Shown: positions 54,707-64,000 of the stretch, piece after piece
Layout of the letters: each line of letters starts with the position of its first letter
How positions within the stretch are numbered: position 1 is the first letter of the stretch
Sequence record: NC_031107.2
Direction: 5' to 3' (one strand)
DNA length: 64,000 nucleotides
Program-made: the position numbers and the translations under genes
The notes under the pieces: model-generated
What the model was told of the DNA's origin: nothing
The model's input: only the letters and a program-made list of their open reading frames with translations
The model's database searches: none

Positions 54707-55987
54707 ATGTCAAACTTTGCAAAACGCAGAATCGCTCGCGAGTCCGTTGAGACCGAAGGCGATGTAATCGACGGTATCAGCAACGTTGAGCCAGCAGAAG
54801 AGAACATCGACGTCCAGCTGGCCGAAGTGGCCTCTATGGATGGTCAGCTCGAGCAGCTGGAAGGTGACGGTGAAACGCTGGCTGCGGACACCGAACGTAC
54901 TGAAGCAGCGATTGACTCTGCTGACGACGACATCGAAAACGGCGAAGAAATGCCGGAAGAAGCGATTGCCCACCACGAAGTGGCGCAAGAGTCTATCCGT
55001 AAGCGTTGGGGTATCGATCGCACCAAACTGGCGCGCGAATCTTTCCGCCGTGGCCGTGGCATGACCAAAGCCGCGCAGGAAGGCTGGAAAGAAACCCTGA
55101 AAGATCTGTACAAGCGCTTCATCGAATTCTGTAAAGAAGTGATTGGCAAGATCAAAGATCTGAAACTGAAATACATCAACGTCGGTAAGTCTGCGCAGAA
55201 ACGCGCCAAGGCGTACCAGGAAGCGATCCGTAAGCTGGGCAAAATTAAATCCGGTAAAGAGAACATCTCTGGCGGCTTTATCAGCAAACTGTCCATCGAA
55301 GGTAAATTCGACGTTGCTAACTCTATTGCCATCGCGAAAGACGTGACCGGCGGTAAAGTGAAAGGCGCGATCACTGCCCTGGCTAAACAGGCAGATGAAA
55401 CTGCGGTTGCTGTGAGCAAAGGCGACAAAGATGCGTTCTCTGCTCTGCGTGGCAACGAAGCTGTTACCCTGTTCGGTACCACTGCAACCAAACTGCGCAA
55501 CCTGCCGCAGTTCGAAGACAGTGAATCTCAGAAACTGCTGGCACTGCCGGGCAACGCCTACATCCAGTCTGGTTCTAAGAAACTGCCGGGTGACCACAGC
55601 TTCACTGCAATCGCGTTCATGTCTACTGGCGACAGCAGCGATGAGAAAGAAGTGTCTGTACCTAACGCTTCTTCTCTGTCTTCTGCTGCGTCTGCACTGG
55701 ATGCTATCGGTAAGAACTTCGAAGGCGTGCTGAAAGACTTCCGCGTCTACGACAGCGAAATCGAGAAGCTGCAGCAGGCAGCTGAGAAAGCGGCTTCTGC
55801 GCTGGATAAATCCAACGACGAAACCGAGTGGGAAGGTCTGCGCTCTGCACGTTCTGCAGCTGACCAGGCTGTTAAGAACTACCAGACCCTGAACCGCGCC
55901 GTGAACTACGTTGGTAACACTGTTATCAGCGGCCTGAATGGCTACATCGGTGCTGGTATCGGCGCGTACGAAAAGTCTAAAGCTTAA
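54707..55987 (+). CDS. abundant internal head/ejection protein (phiKZ gp93 family, paralog 1)
   Basis: Acidic propeptide with ARE/S, AQE/S and AQE/G sites; amphipathic WKETLKDLYKRFIEF; strongly biased codons. Confidence 0.75.
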   Translation: MSNFAKRRIARESVETEGDVIDGISNVEPAEENIDVQLAEVASMDGQLEQLEGDGETLAADTERTEAAIDSADDDIENGEEMPEEAIAHHEVAQESIRKRWGIDRTKLARESFRRGRGMTKAAQEGWKETLKDLYKRFIEFCKEVIGKIKDLKLKYINVGKSAQKRAKAYQEAIRKLGKIKSGKENISGGFISKLSIEGKFDVANSIAIAKDVTGGKVKGAITALAKQADETAVAVSKGDKDAFSALRGNEAVTLFGTTATKLRNLPQFEDSESQKLLALPGNAYIQSGSKKLPGDHSFTAIAFMSTGDSSDEKEVSVPNASSLSSAASALDAIGKNFEGVLKDFRVYDSEIEKLQQAAEKAASALDKSNDETEWEGLRSARSAADQAVKNYQTLNRAVNYVGNTVISGLNGYIGAGIGAYEKSKA

Positions 55988-56052
55988 TCGTATAGCCGAA
56001 CCTCGGTTTCCAAATCATTAATGGCGGTACAGGTGTGCCGCCTAGAGGATCA

Positions 56053-57318
56053 AAGAAGATGGCAAATTTTGCGCAAAAGAAAACCGCTCGCGAATCGATT
56101 GAAGGTGCAGGCACCATCGTTCCGGACGGTATCGAACTGCCAGCTGAGTCCGTAGAAGGTACTCTGGCTGATATCGAGCACGACACCAAACCTATCGACC
56201 AGATGGACGCGGAAGCGGACGTACTGAGCGAAGATGGCGACGAAACCGACGCACAGCTGGACGCAGTTGATTCTGCACAGGCTGCTGCCGATGGCGAAGG
56301 CGAAGGTGACGACGCTGATATGGAAGCGGAAGAAGACATGCCTGACGATGCAGCCGAAGCGCTGGACGTTGCGCAGGAATCTATCCGTAAGCGCTGGGGA
56401 TTCGATCATCGCACTAGCGTTGCTCGCGAAAGCTACGGTTCTCGTAACCGCCGTCAGGTTGCTCGTGAGTCCCTGTGGGACGACATCAAAGCCTTCCTGA
56501 AGCGTATCTGGGAATGGCTGAAAGAGCAGGGCCGTAAAGTTAAAGATCGCTGGCTGAAATTCAGCAACCAGGGTAAATCTATCCAGGCGCGTGCTAAGAA
56601 GTACGACGGTGCGATCCGCAACCTCGGCAAGCAGAAGAAAGACACCGTATCCGGTGGCTTCATCAAGCAGCTGACCAAAGGCGGCAAATTCGTCGGTAAC
56701 GACGTTGCTGCACTGAAAGCGGTTTCCAGCGAAATCGGTGCTATCTACGCTGCGCAGGAAGTGACCGTGTCTAAACTGACTGGTCTGGTTGCAGGCGTGG
56801 AAGGCGGTAAGCTGAAAGCTGGCTTCGCCGAAGCGGTTAACGGCAGCATCCTGAAAAAGAACGGCACGGTTGACCTGCTGGGCAACCAGGTAGGTAAAGC
56901 AGAAATCACCGGCGAAGGCGACGAAGTCAATGCGTCCTTCACTGTGGTCGAAGCTGAAGGTAGCGTGGAAAGCTCGGTCTCTACTCCGAACGCATCTACC
57001 CTGTCCTCTCTGGTCGCCTTCTTCAACCAACTGGGTAAAGCTGTGGAAGAAAACGTGAAAGCGTACCACAAAAATAACCAGGCCGTTGAGAAGTACGAAC
57101 GTGCTATCGAAGCTCTGCTCAAGCGTATTGACAACGTGAAAATCGATGACAATCCTGAGCTGACCAGCAATGTCCGTGTTGCCCGCCGTGCTATCACTGT
57201 CGGTAACCAGATCATCTCCTACACTGAACGCTGCATCGCGACTGGTCAGAAAAACCTGATCAGCGGCGTAAACGGCTACATCAGTGCTGGTATTGCTGCG
57301 CACGAAAAGTCTAAGTAA
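56053..57318 (+). CDS. abundant internal head/ejection protein (gp93 family, paralog 2)
   Basis: Clear paralog of 54707 (AQESIRKRWG, C-terminal ISG.NGYI.AGI.A.EKSK); start refined to MANFAQKK. Confidence 0.75.
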   Translation, partial: KKMANFAQKKTARESIEGAGTIVPDGIELPAESVEGTLADIEHDTKPIDQMDAEADVLSEDGDETDAQLDAVDSAQAAADGEGEGDDADMEAEEDMPDDAAEALDVAQESIRKRWGFDHRTSVARESYGSRNRRQVARESLWDDIKAFLKRIWEWLKEQGRKVKDRWLKFSNQGKSIQARAKKYDGAIRNLGKQKKDTVSGGFIKQLTKGGKFVGNDVAALKAVSSEIGAIYAAQEVTVSKLTGLVAGVEGGKLKAGFAEAVNGSILKKNGTVDLLGNQVGKAEITGEGDEVNASFTVVEAEGSVESSVSTPNASTLSSLVAFFNQLGKAVEENVKAYHKNNQAVEKYERAIEALLKRIDNVKIDDNPELTSNVRVARRAITVGNQIISYTERCIATGQKNLISGVNGYISAGIAAHEKSK

Positions 57319-57330
57319 TTAGGCTGGCGT

Positions 57331-57369
57331 AATCCCCCACTTCGGTGGGGGATTCCCCTTTCTTTTTTT
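57331..57369 (+). terminator. intrinsic terminator
   Basis: AATCCCCCAC-TTCG-GTGGGGGATT + T tract. Confidence 0.85.
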
Positions 57370-57395
57370 GTCCCGGATTATAAATGTTTTCAGAT

Positions 57396-57412
57396 ATATA
57401 TTACCTCAGTGA
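57396..57412 (+). promoter_or_regulatory. putative early promoter
   Basis: ATATATTACCTCAGTGA contains the TATATTAC core. Confidence 0.55.
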
Positions 57413-57459
57413 GATTCTATCCTGAATCTTTTATCTTACTTCCAATTGAGGATTATATC

Positions 57460-58116
57460 ATGAACAATATCTTAACGTTTGCCGGTATTACCCCTGTTGC
57501 CCTTGAGAATGGACGTCTGCAGTTTGCCAAAGGCGAAGCCCGTATGACCATCACGAAGCTGGAACTCCACGCTATCAATCTGTGGCTGGCCAGTATGGAT
57601 GCGCACAATCTGCCGACCCTGCTGAAAGTCGGGAGCAACCTGTTTACGGTGGCTAACACCGAAGTTATTCCGAGCCAGGAATATGCTGCGTTGCTGAAAG
57701 CCATGAAGGCTGGTCAGCTCGGTACCGATACCTTGCTGCAATGCGGTAGCCATTTCACCCACGAAGAGGTGGGTATGATTGGTAATGCTGATAACCCGCT
57801 GTATCTGCGTCAGGCGGAAGGCACCTGCGAAGCGGTGTTTGGTTATGCGGTAACTATCCCAAGCTGTGCAGAAAGAGCGCTGGCGGTGCACATGGTAAAC
57901 GATGCAGTGAAAGCTACCGCTGCGAAAATGGGTAGCAGCGCCATCCCGGCTGTGTGCCGTAACCTCAGCAGCCTGGGTGAAGAAGCACATCTCCAAACGC
58001 TGTTAGAGAGCTACCAGCAAATGTCGGTGACCGTACATGCCTCCACACTGCTCGACGACCTGCTCGACGTGGTTGACAGTATGATGCTGCCGGTCACTCT
58101 GAAAGAAGCCGCATAA
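57460..58116 (+). CDS. hypothetical protein
   Basis: Start refined to MNNIL after GAGGA; terminator at 58106-58127. Confidence 0.75.
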   Translation: MNNILTFAGITPVALENGRLQFAKGEARMTITKLELHAINLWLASMDAHNLPTLLKVGSNLFTVANTEVIPSQEYAALLKAMKAGQLGTDTLLQCGSHFTHEEVGMIGNADNPLYLRQAEGTCEAVFGYAVTIPSCAERALAVHMVNDAVKATAAKMGSSAIPAVCRNLSSLGEEAHLQTLLESYQQMSVTVHASTLLDDLLDVVDSMMLPVTLKEAA

Positions 58117-58179
58117 GCGGCTTTTTTACACTTCGACGTAACATTATGTTTTCGACCATTACCAGTAAGGAGTATTACC

Positions 58180-58740
58180 ATGAACTTTGTTAACCTGCTT
58201 AACGTAAAAGACATCCGCTCACAGTCCACCCCGTTAAACTCGGAGGTGTCGATATTGGTGATGATTGACGGTGAAGAAATCACTGTCCCTCGTCCTGTGA
58301 TGTTGGGCCTGGCGAACTTTGTCCACGTCGCCTACGGTGCTGCTTCGGCGAAGTCACTGCTTGACTACGACAGCTACCGCTTTGAAATTCTCGAACGGGT
58401 CGAGTATGACCAGTTCATCACCCTGCAACCGTTCTACAAATACTTAACGGATGCAGGCTTATCCCGGATGTCTAAAGTGTATATCCGGGACTATTCACAA
58501 ATTGAACACTTCTACCGCCGCAAACAAGAACGTGTGCCGGTAGAAATCGACGGCTTCCAGACTCGCCTTATCATGAAACCGCATAACTTCGAACTGATGG
58601 AGTGTGGGCTGGATATCGAACAGCGCCAGTTACGTCCTGACCTGATGCGTGGCTACAACCACAGTCTGACCGAGGTACGCGGTCTGGCCACGCGCCCAGG
58701 TGATGAGAATTGGTGGAGTAAACAACACGCTGCGCACTAA
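58180..58740 (+). CDS. hypothetical protein
   Basis: TAAGGAG RBS. Confidence 0.75.
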   Translation: MNFVNLLNVKDIRSQSTPLNSEVSILVMIDGEEITVPRPVMLGLANFVHVAYGAASAKSLLDYDSYRFEILERVEYDQFITLQPFYKYLTDAGLSRMSKVYIRDYSQIEHFYRRKQERVPVEIDGFQTRLIMKPHNFELMECGLDIEQRQLRPDLMRGYNHSLTEVRGLATRPGDENWWSKQHAAH

Positions 58741-58749
58741 GGGGGTGGC

Positions 58750-59100
58750 ATGGAATTCCAATACAAAGGTAGCCTCACTCCACGTAGTGTCAACATGGAG
58801 TTTAAAGAAGATGATGTCGTGCATCGCTACAGCATTCTGTTGGAAGATGTACGGGTGGCATTGGAGAAACTCACTGACCCGGAATGGCTTGGTGAGTTAA
58901 CCCTGCGTTTGGCGACCCCTGTGACCTGCACAGGGGATTTCTCCGGCGCAACCATGCAACACATCGTGTTAGAGGCACAAGGCCGTGTGGTGCGTTTTAC
59001 GTACTTTACAGACAAGATGCAACGTCGGACCTTCAGCCGTAATCAACTGATACGTTGTTTGCGCGGGTTAATCAAAGAACTGAATAAGGAAACGAGATGA
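58750..59100 (+). CDS. hypothetical protein
   Basis: GGGGG RBS; coupled to DHFR. Confidence 0.65.
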   Translation: MEFQYKGSLTPRSVNMEFKEDDVVHRYSILLEDVRVALEKLTDPEWLGELTLRLATPVTCTGDFSGATMQHIVLEAQGRVVRFTYFTDKMQRRTFSRNQLIRCLRGLIKELNKETR

Positions 59101-59699
59101 AAATCTCTTTAATCGCGGCAGTGGACCGCAACAATGTCATCGGCAAATCCATCTCATTGAGTTTGCCGTGGCGCTTACCTGCTGACCTCAGGAACTTTAA
59201 AGAAGTGACCATGGGGAAAACCTGTATCGTAGGCCGTAAGACCTGGGAGAGTTTCGACTCTACACCGTTGCCGGGGCGTAAGTTTATTATCGTTACCCGT
59301 CACCCGGACGACCTACAGGTCAAGCTGCGTCGTCCTGAGCAACCGCTTGACACCGCGGTAGCAGCAACCAGTCTGGGTGCAGCCCTGGAGATGTGTGAAG
59401 AAGAAGGACTGAACGAAGTGTTCGTTATCGGGGGTGCTGAGATTTACCATCAGTGTCTGCCAATGGCGCACACTGTCTATCTGTCCCGTCTTGACTTGGT
59501 TGTCGAGGGCGGTGATGTCTTCTTCCCAGAAATCAACCGGGACGAATTCCGCCTCGATGTCAGCCTGACGCACTTACCCGACGGTGAACTGCACACCCAC
59601 CGTTGGACGTATCAAATCTGGAACCGTATTGAGCAACCCAGTAAAGTTACTCGTTACCCTGGCCATATTGTTACAAACCTTTCTTTGGAATTCCGCTAA
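59097..59699 (+). CDS. folA: dihydrofolate reductase
   Basis: LIAAVDRNNVIG, LPWRLPADLRNFKEVTMGK, VGRKTWES, LPGR, VIGGAEIY and GDVFFP. Confidence 0.95.
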   Translation: MKISLIAAVDRNNVIGKSISLSLPWRLPADLRNFKEVTMGKTCIVGRKTWESFDSTPLPGRKFIIVTRHPDDLQVKLRRPEQPLDTAVAATSLGAALEMCEEEGLNEVFVIGGAEIYHQCLPMAHTVYLSRLDLVVEGGDVFFPEINRDEFRLDVSLTHLPDGELHTHRWTYQIWNRIEQPSKVTRYPGHIVTNLSLEFR

Positions 59700-60037
59700 T
59701 GAACCCGAACAACTCTTATCCTGTTAAACGTATCACCCTGACCGAAGAAGGTGCTAAGACTGCCCGTGCAATAACCAGCTGCCCGATGAAGCTGACGGAT
59801 GCTTTGATTGGCCAGGAAGGTATCTTCCTCATCTTTGGTGAACGTGACCGTGTCTTCCACCGCATCGATGAGCCGGAAGAGTTTCTACAACTGGCCGCAA
59901 CGTTAGGTGACCAGGAACAAGCGTCTGACGTGGCTATCAATGTCACACCGCGCGACCTGTTCATTGTTCGTGACAAACACCGTCATAGCGGCCTGCGCGC
60001 TGTCCGTTGGAAACGTGAGTGGTTGGCCCGCACGTAA
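59699..60037 (+). CDS. hypothetical protein
   Basis: TAATG overlap with DHFR. Confidence 0.65.
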   Translation: MNPNNSYPVKRITLTEEGAKTARAITSCPMKLTDALIGQEGIFLIFGERDRVFHRIDEPEEFLQLAATLGDQEQASDVAINVTPRDLFIVRDKHRHSGLRAVRWKREWLART

Positions 60038-60074
60038 TTAACTAAATCGACCATGACCCTTAAGGAAAACGAAA

Positions 60075-61139
60075 ATGAAAACACCACAAGCTGAAGCTGC
60101 CTGGATGAAATTTGGCGAAGAAATCGAACAAGCGGTCGGCTCCATGCCACGACCAAAGACCCCAGAGGAGTTAAGGATTGAACATTTTGCCCAGTTCAAA
60201 ATAGAGACGCATCGTAAGCAGTTAGGTGCGTACGGGCTAGTGCATTCTTTCAACCGCCTGCTGCGTCTGGCTGTTTCGATTGAGACGCGTCGGAAAATGG
60301 TTATGCCTGACCTTGAAGAGGTGTTGCGTAAACACCCACGCCTTTTCAAAGAAACGGCCACGGTAACAGAGTTCTTCGAATCGTGCTTGCCAAAGCTGCG
60401 CCTTAAACCGGAAGAGGTAATGATATTCAACCAGGCAAATGGGTGTTGGGTTTCGTATCTTGATGTTATTGAGCGTAATGACGTTTGTCAACTAACGTTG
60501 GGCGATTTGAAAGTCCTGAAACGCGATGTCGGTTATCGTGTTGACTTAAAAGCCAACATCGCTGCGCTTGAGAATGAAATATTCGAAGTTGAAAAATTGC
60601 GGGTAAAGATTACCGTAAAAGGAAACTTCGGTAAGCGTTCTTACAAAGCAATGTGGCCGACACCAGCGGGATCAGCCAGTTTGGCGACGAGCTGGATACA
60701 GAAACGTTTAGCGTCCATGCAGGTCTATCCTGAAGAAGTGCAGTTCACACTACCAGACGGCCGTAAAGCTGATGGTATTCATCTGGTGTCAACCAAATCT
60801 AAGTTACGTCTTACTGATTTGCGTTTCAAAGATGAAGACTTATTACCCGTGGGTACCAAACCTATGACGGTGGGTGCGTTCGAGAATAAAATTCTCCAAC
60901 AGGAAGGTGTGATGATCATTTTGCGGCTTCCCGCAGACCAGAGCATACCCTACTTTTTCATCAGACGCGCTCCTGATGATTTACCGGTACAGGAATATGT
61001 TCGTAAGATTCTGAGTCGGTATGAATTGAAGCCTGAGGATGTGGTGTTTATCCATGGTGTCTCGATGCGGCCGTTTAACCCGGACGAGTTTTACACCATG
61101 AAACAGCTGCGCCAATCCTATCAGGGTAAGGTGCAGTAA
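60075..61139 (+). CDS. hypothetical protein with three ~100-aa internal repeats
   Basis: TAAGGA RBS; repeated [LV][KY]PE[ED]V motif; terminator at 61144-61172. Confidence 0.75.
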   Translation: MKTPQAEAAWMKFGEEIEQAVGSMPRPKTPEELRIEHFAQFKIETHRKQLGAYGLVHSFNRLLRLAVSIETRRKMVMPDLEEVLRKHPRLFKETATVTEFFESCLPKLRLKPEEVMIFNQANGCWVSYLDVIERNDVCQLTLGDLKVLKRDVGYRVDLKANIAALENEIFEVEKLRVKITVKGNFGKRSYKAMWPTPAGSASLATSWIQKRLASMQVYPEEVQFTLPDGRKADGIHLVSTKSKLRLTDLRFKDEDLLPVGTKPMTVGAFENKILQQEGVMIILRLPADQSIPYFFIRRAPDDLPVQEYVRKILSRYELKPEDVVFIHGVSMRPFNPDEFYTMKQLRQSYQGKVQ

Positions 61140-61213
61140 AGATAGGGGGCTTCGGCTCCCTGTTTTTTTTTTGCATTTTCAGCCAGTGATATGACTACAA
61201 CGAGGGAAAACCC

Positions 61214-62725
61214 ATGCAACAGTATTTCGAACTCCCATCGTTGGACGCAACCATTCGCAAACCGATTGTTGACGGTGTCGTACAACGCGTGTTAAATGAA
61301 TCCGGTATTGACCAGGCTTCTGTTATCTTTGAAGACGAAGCCAATGATACAGCGTACCAGCCCGGCTCGACCCTTGGGGATGAGGTGCCTGTGGACTATG
61401 CGTCACCGGAACGTGTGTACGTCGAAGTCGAAGAAGAACGTGATGAATACGCTCGCATCAACCGTCAGGTCGGGATGCAAGCCGAACCGTACTTCTTTGA
61501 GAACGTCGATGATCAGGTACGCGCGTGGCCCGTCCGCACGATGTACAACATGACCATTACCCTGCGTCGCCACAGTGCGTCACGCGATGAGTTGCTGCGC
61601 TGGACAAACCGTCTCGACTCACTCATTGACATGGGGCGTTTCTCTATCATGACCGAAGCAGAGGCGTTCTATTATATCCCACGCCCTGCACTGCACCTGA
61701 TTAATGCCTGCTATGTGGCAGCAGAAACCCGTGTGCCGAAGTTTGATGATTTCAAAGCGTACCTGAAAGCCCACTTTACCCCGGATGTGTTTGTCACGGG
61801 TAACGTGGCAGGTGGCCAGGAATCGTTGTCGGTGCGTTATGCGCCTACCCGGTTAGAAACCGTGTACGATGTGCAGGTACCGGCCTGGGACAAAGATGAG
61901 AACCGCTGGGAAGCTTCCTTTGTGATTCGCTTCTCGTATCAGCGTCCCGAAGAGATTGTGGTGTCGTATCCGTACATCATCAATCAAACACCCCTGCCGG
62001 AAGAATACTGGCCAGAGATTGACCCACCGTGGTTATCGAACGAAGAAGATGTTCAGCGTCACGCCCAACAGCGTAATCTGGATAGCACCTGGTGGATTAA
62101 TGAAACCCGCCAGCTGATTCGTCTGCCGTATCTGCTCTCGCCGACCGAACAGTTCCACCGTACCCACTCGCCGCTGAAAAGCAAGCTGCTGCATGTGTTT
62201 GGTACAGACGTGGTGTTTGATGCGGACAACATGGTCAACCCGCATGTGGTGAATGTCGATGATTTGCCGTATGTCTGGAACAAAGACCTGCTGCCGTATA
62301 TCGAACACTGTCGGGCAATCGACCCTACCGGACAACGGGGTGTCTTCCGCACGGAGTTGTTCGAAGAAGGTCAGATTATCGAGCCGCGCTTCTACCACTG
62401 GGAGAACGGGACACTGTCTTTACGTGGCCGAGACGTCAAAGTCAACAAAGGGTACTATCTCACTGAATCGGTGATTTACGACTGGCGTAACTTTGACCTG
62501 TGGCCATTGCAGTTGTATCCGAAAGCAGCCAAGGTGCTGATTGAATGGCTGTTCCCGAACTGGGACGTGCCGAGTTGGTGGTGGGACTTGCCGAAGTTTC
62601 CACCGAGTGTGGATGACGACATCAAGAAGCTGACCCCAACCCCGGATAAGCGGATTCTGTTGACCATCTTCAACACCACCATCTTCACCATGCGAGGAAC
62701 AGAGAATGCTGAAAGCGTCGCGTGA
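61214..62725 (+). CDS. conserved virion structural protein (phiKZ gp99-like by synteny)
   Basis: 503 aa; GAGGG RBS; coupled to the next gene. Confidence 0.65.
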   Translation: MQQYFELPSLDATIRKPIVDGVVQRVLNESGIDQASVIFEDEANDTAYQPGSTLGDEVPVDYASPERVYVEVEEERDEYARINRQVGMQAEPYFFENVDDQVRAWPVRTMYNMTITLRRHSASRDELLRWTNRLDSLIDMGRFSIMTEAEAFYYIPRPALHLINACYVAAETRVPKFDDFKAYLKAHFTPDVFVTGNVAGGQESLSVRYAPTRLETVYDVQVPAWDKDENRWEASFVIRFSYQRPEEIVVSYPYIINQTPLPEEYWPEIDPPWLSNEEDVQRHAQQRNLDSTWWINETRQLIRLPYLLSPTEQFHRTHSPLKSKLLHVFGTDVVFDADNMVNPHVVNVDDLPYVWNKDLLPYIEHCRAIDPTGQRGVFRTELFEEGQIIEPRFYHWENGTLSLRGRDVKVNKGYYLTESVIYDWRNFDLWPLQLYPKAAKVLIEWLFPNWDVPSWWWDLPKFPPSVDDDIKKLTPTPDKRILLTIFNTTIFTMRGTENAESVA

Positions 62726-64000
62726 GTCGACCACGTTCGTCCCGGTTGAGCCGGAAACGCCGACTCTGAACACACCGCAAGACGGGGTGAAAGAAGCCAG
62801 TAACGTGGTGACCCAACCGCTGCGTACCACGGTAACGGACTTTGACCGTATCCCGAAACAGTACCTGATGAAGTACGTGGAAGGGTCGGCCTGGAAGGTG
62901 GACTTCTTCAACTTCCTGAAAGGCCGTAACGATGCCAAGAAGTTCTTTGATACGCAGGTCATTACCCCTGACCAGCAGTTAGAGAAAATCATTGGCATGG
63001 AATTGCGGGTGAAGTCTGCCCTTGACCGTAGCCAGGATGACAAGAACAAAACCTTCACCCTGACCGGGTCAGCCACGCTTGCCAATACCGTTGCGCCGAA
63101 CGAAGGCTGTTTCTTTGTAGTGCCGATTGGTGACAACCGTTATGCGCTGTTTAACATCACGCGTGTAACACGTATGTCCAACAACAAGGTCTCGACGTAC
63201 GACATCGAGTATTCCATGTTGTTTGAAGTGTCCCCCGCAGTCGCAGAAACGATTCGTCGTTGTACCGTGCGGGAATACTATTACGTTGCCGAGCGTGCCT
63301 GGACGGGTGGCGATACCTTACTGACACCGAACGAGTATCGCTCTTTCCTGAAACTCGGTGATGCCATTAAGGACATCGAAACCACCTACGTGAAGCGGTT
63401 CTGGGATTCGGAAACGGAAACGTTACTGTTCCCGCGTGACTGGCGTGTGTATGGGTTGAAAGGGGCATCGTACTACGACGTGTTCCTGTGCCTATTTGTT
63501 CGGGCGATTGGGCTGCGTACGGTTGGGAAGGATATTCAAATCTATCCTCACCCGCCGAAGAACGTGGCCGACGTGGAATGTTTGTTTACGGCATTGCTGC
63601 AACAACAAACCGCGTTTCTCGCGTCGTACAACAAACCGAACGGGGCGTACCTCGTTAACACATTCCGGACGATGCAGACCCGTAACTCGATTGCCTGGTC
63701 ACGTATCACCAACACCCGGTATTTCTCCGACGATTTGCGTTCGCCGAAGCAGTATCCGGCAGACTGGGTGAAGTTTACAGAGTTCCCGCCTACTGTGGTG
63801 GATGAATACCGTGGCAATGCGGGTGAATCGTTACCGGCGTTCCTGCCGTTAACCTACACCCCGTACTTGTTGACGGAAACGTTCTACAACGGCTCGTACA
63901 GCTCGTTGTTGGAATATGGCCTGTATCTGTACCTTAACAAGCAACCGGTGCCGTCCACGATTGCCTTGAAGCTTGCTGAGGTGTGCAACACGTTGCCAGA
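62706..64000 (+). CDS. conserved virion structural protein (phiKZ gp101-like), truncated by the window end
   Basis: Frame from MLKASRES, hand-translated through LMKYVEGSAWKVDFF; absent from the ORF track, consistent with no stop inside the window. Confidence 0.7.
   Translation, partial: MLKASRESTTFVPVEPETPTLNTPQDGVKEASNVVTQPLRTTVTDFDRIPKQYLMKYVEGSAWKVDFFNFLKGRNDAKKFFDTQVITPDQQLEKIIGMELRVKSALDRSQDDKNKTFTLTGSATLANTVAPNEGCFFVVPIGDNRYALFNITRVTRMSNNKVSTYDIEYSMLFEVSPAVAETIRRCTVREYYYVAERAWTGGDTLLTPNEYRSFLKLGDAIKDIETTYVKRFWDSETETLLFPRDWRVYGLKGASYYDVFLCLFVRAIGLRTVGKDIQIYPHPPKNVADVECLFTALLQQQTAFLASYNKPNGAYLVNTFRTMQTRNSIAWSRITNTRYFSDDLRSPKQYPADWVKFTEFPPTVVDEYRGNAGESLPAFLPLTYTPYLLTETFYNGSYSSLLEYGLYLYLNKQPVPSTIALKLAEVCNTLP

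Noticed and set aside
54710-57303. 295- and 417-aa antisense ORFs opposite the head proteins
   Set aside because: Codon-bias shadows with no RBS and F/V/R-rich noise composition.
1-64000. CRISPR array, transposase/integrase, intein, retron or DGR
   Set aside because: No regularly spaced repeats, and no reverse-transcriptase, HNH/LAGLIDADG or intein motifs were seen; Gly-rich DNA repeats are explained by protein tails.

Overview
This window is a 64-kb segment of a nucleus-forming jumbo phage genome (phiKZ-related Chimalliviridae). Gene order resembles the SPN3US/Erwinia-phage group, so an enterobacterial host is likely; this is inferred from motifs and recalled synteny, not from a database search. 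Positions 1-5 kb are an accessory and RNA region. It holds an HslV-like Ntn hydrolase, a TerB / small membrane protein / TAXI-like binding-protein module and ten canonical tRNAs, plus one degenerate CAU tRNA. Interleaved with the tRNAs is a series of non-canonical tRNA-shaped or CCA-tailed structured RNAs and a ~500-nt hairpin-dense tract. Positions 5-15 kb hold early hypothetical genes and the polymerase half of a split family-B DNA polymerase. Positions 15-44 kb hold the conserved nucleus and transcription block: chimallin, non-virion RNAP subunits, an SbcD-like nuclease, ChmC-like and PicA-like proteins, an SF2 helicase, a virion RNAP beta-prime fragment and the exonuclease half of the polymerase. 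Positions 44-57 kb hold head, ejection and baseplate genes with AxE protease sites. Positions 57-64 kb hold DHFR, hypothetical genes and virion proteins. The strongest novelty candidate is the array of tRNA mimics packed into the tRNA operon, including two 121-nt tRNA bodies whose anticodon arm is replaced by a long irregular helix. Others are the Leu-Gly-Gly low-complexity tails on two adjacent nucleus-block proteins and a protein with three ubiquitin-like-looking repeats. All RNA folds were paired by eye, and all protein names beyond those with clear motifs rest on recalled synteny.
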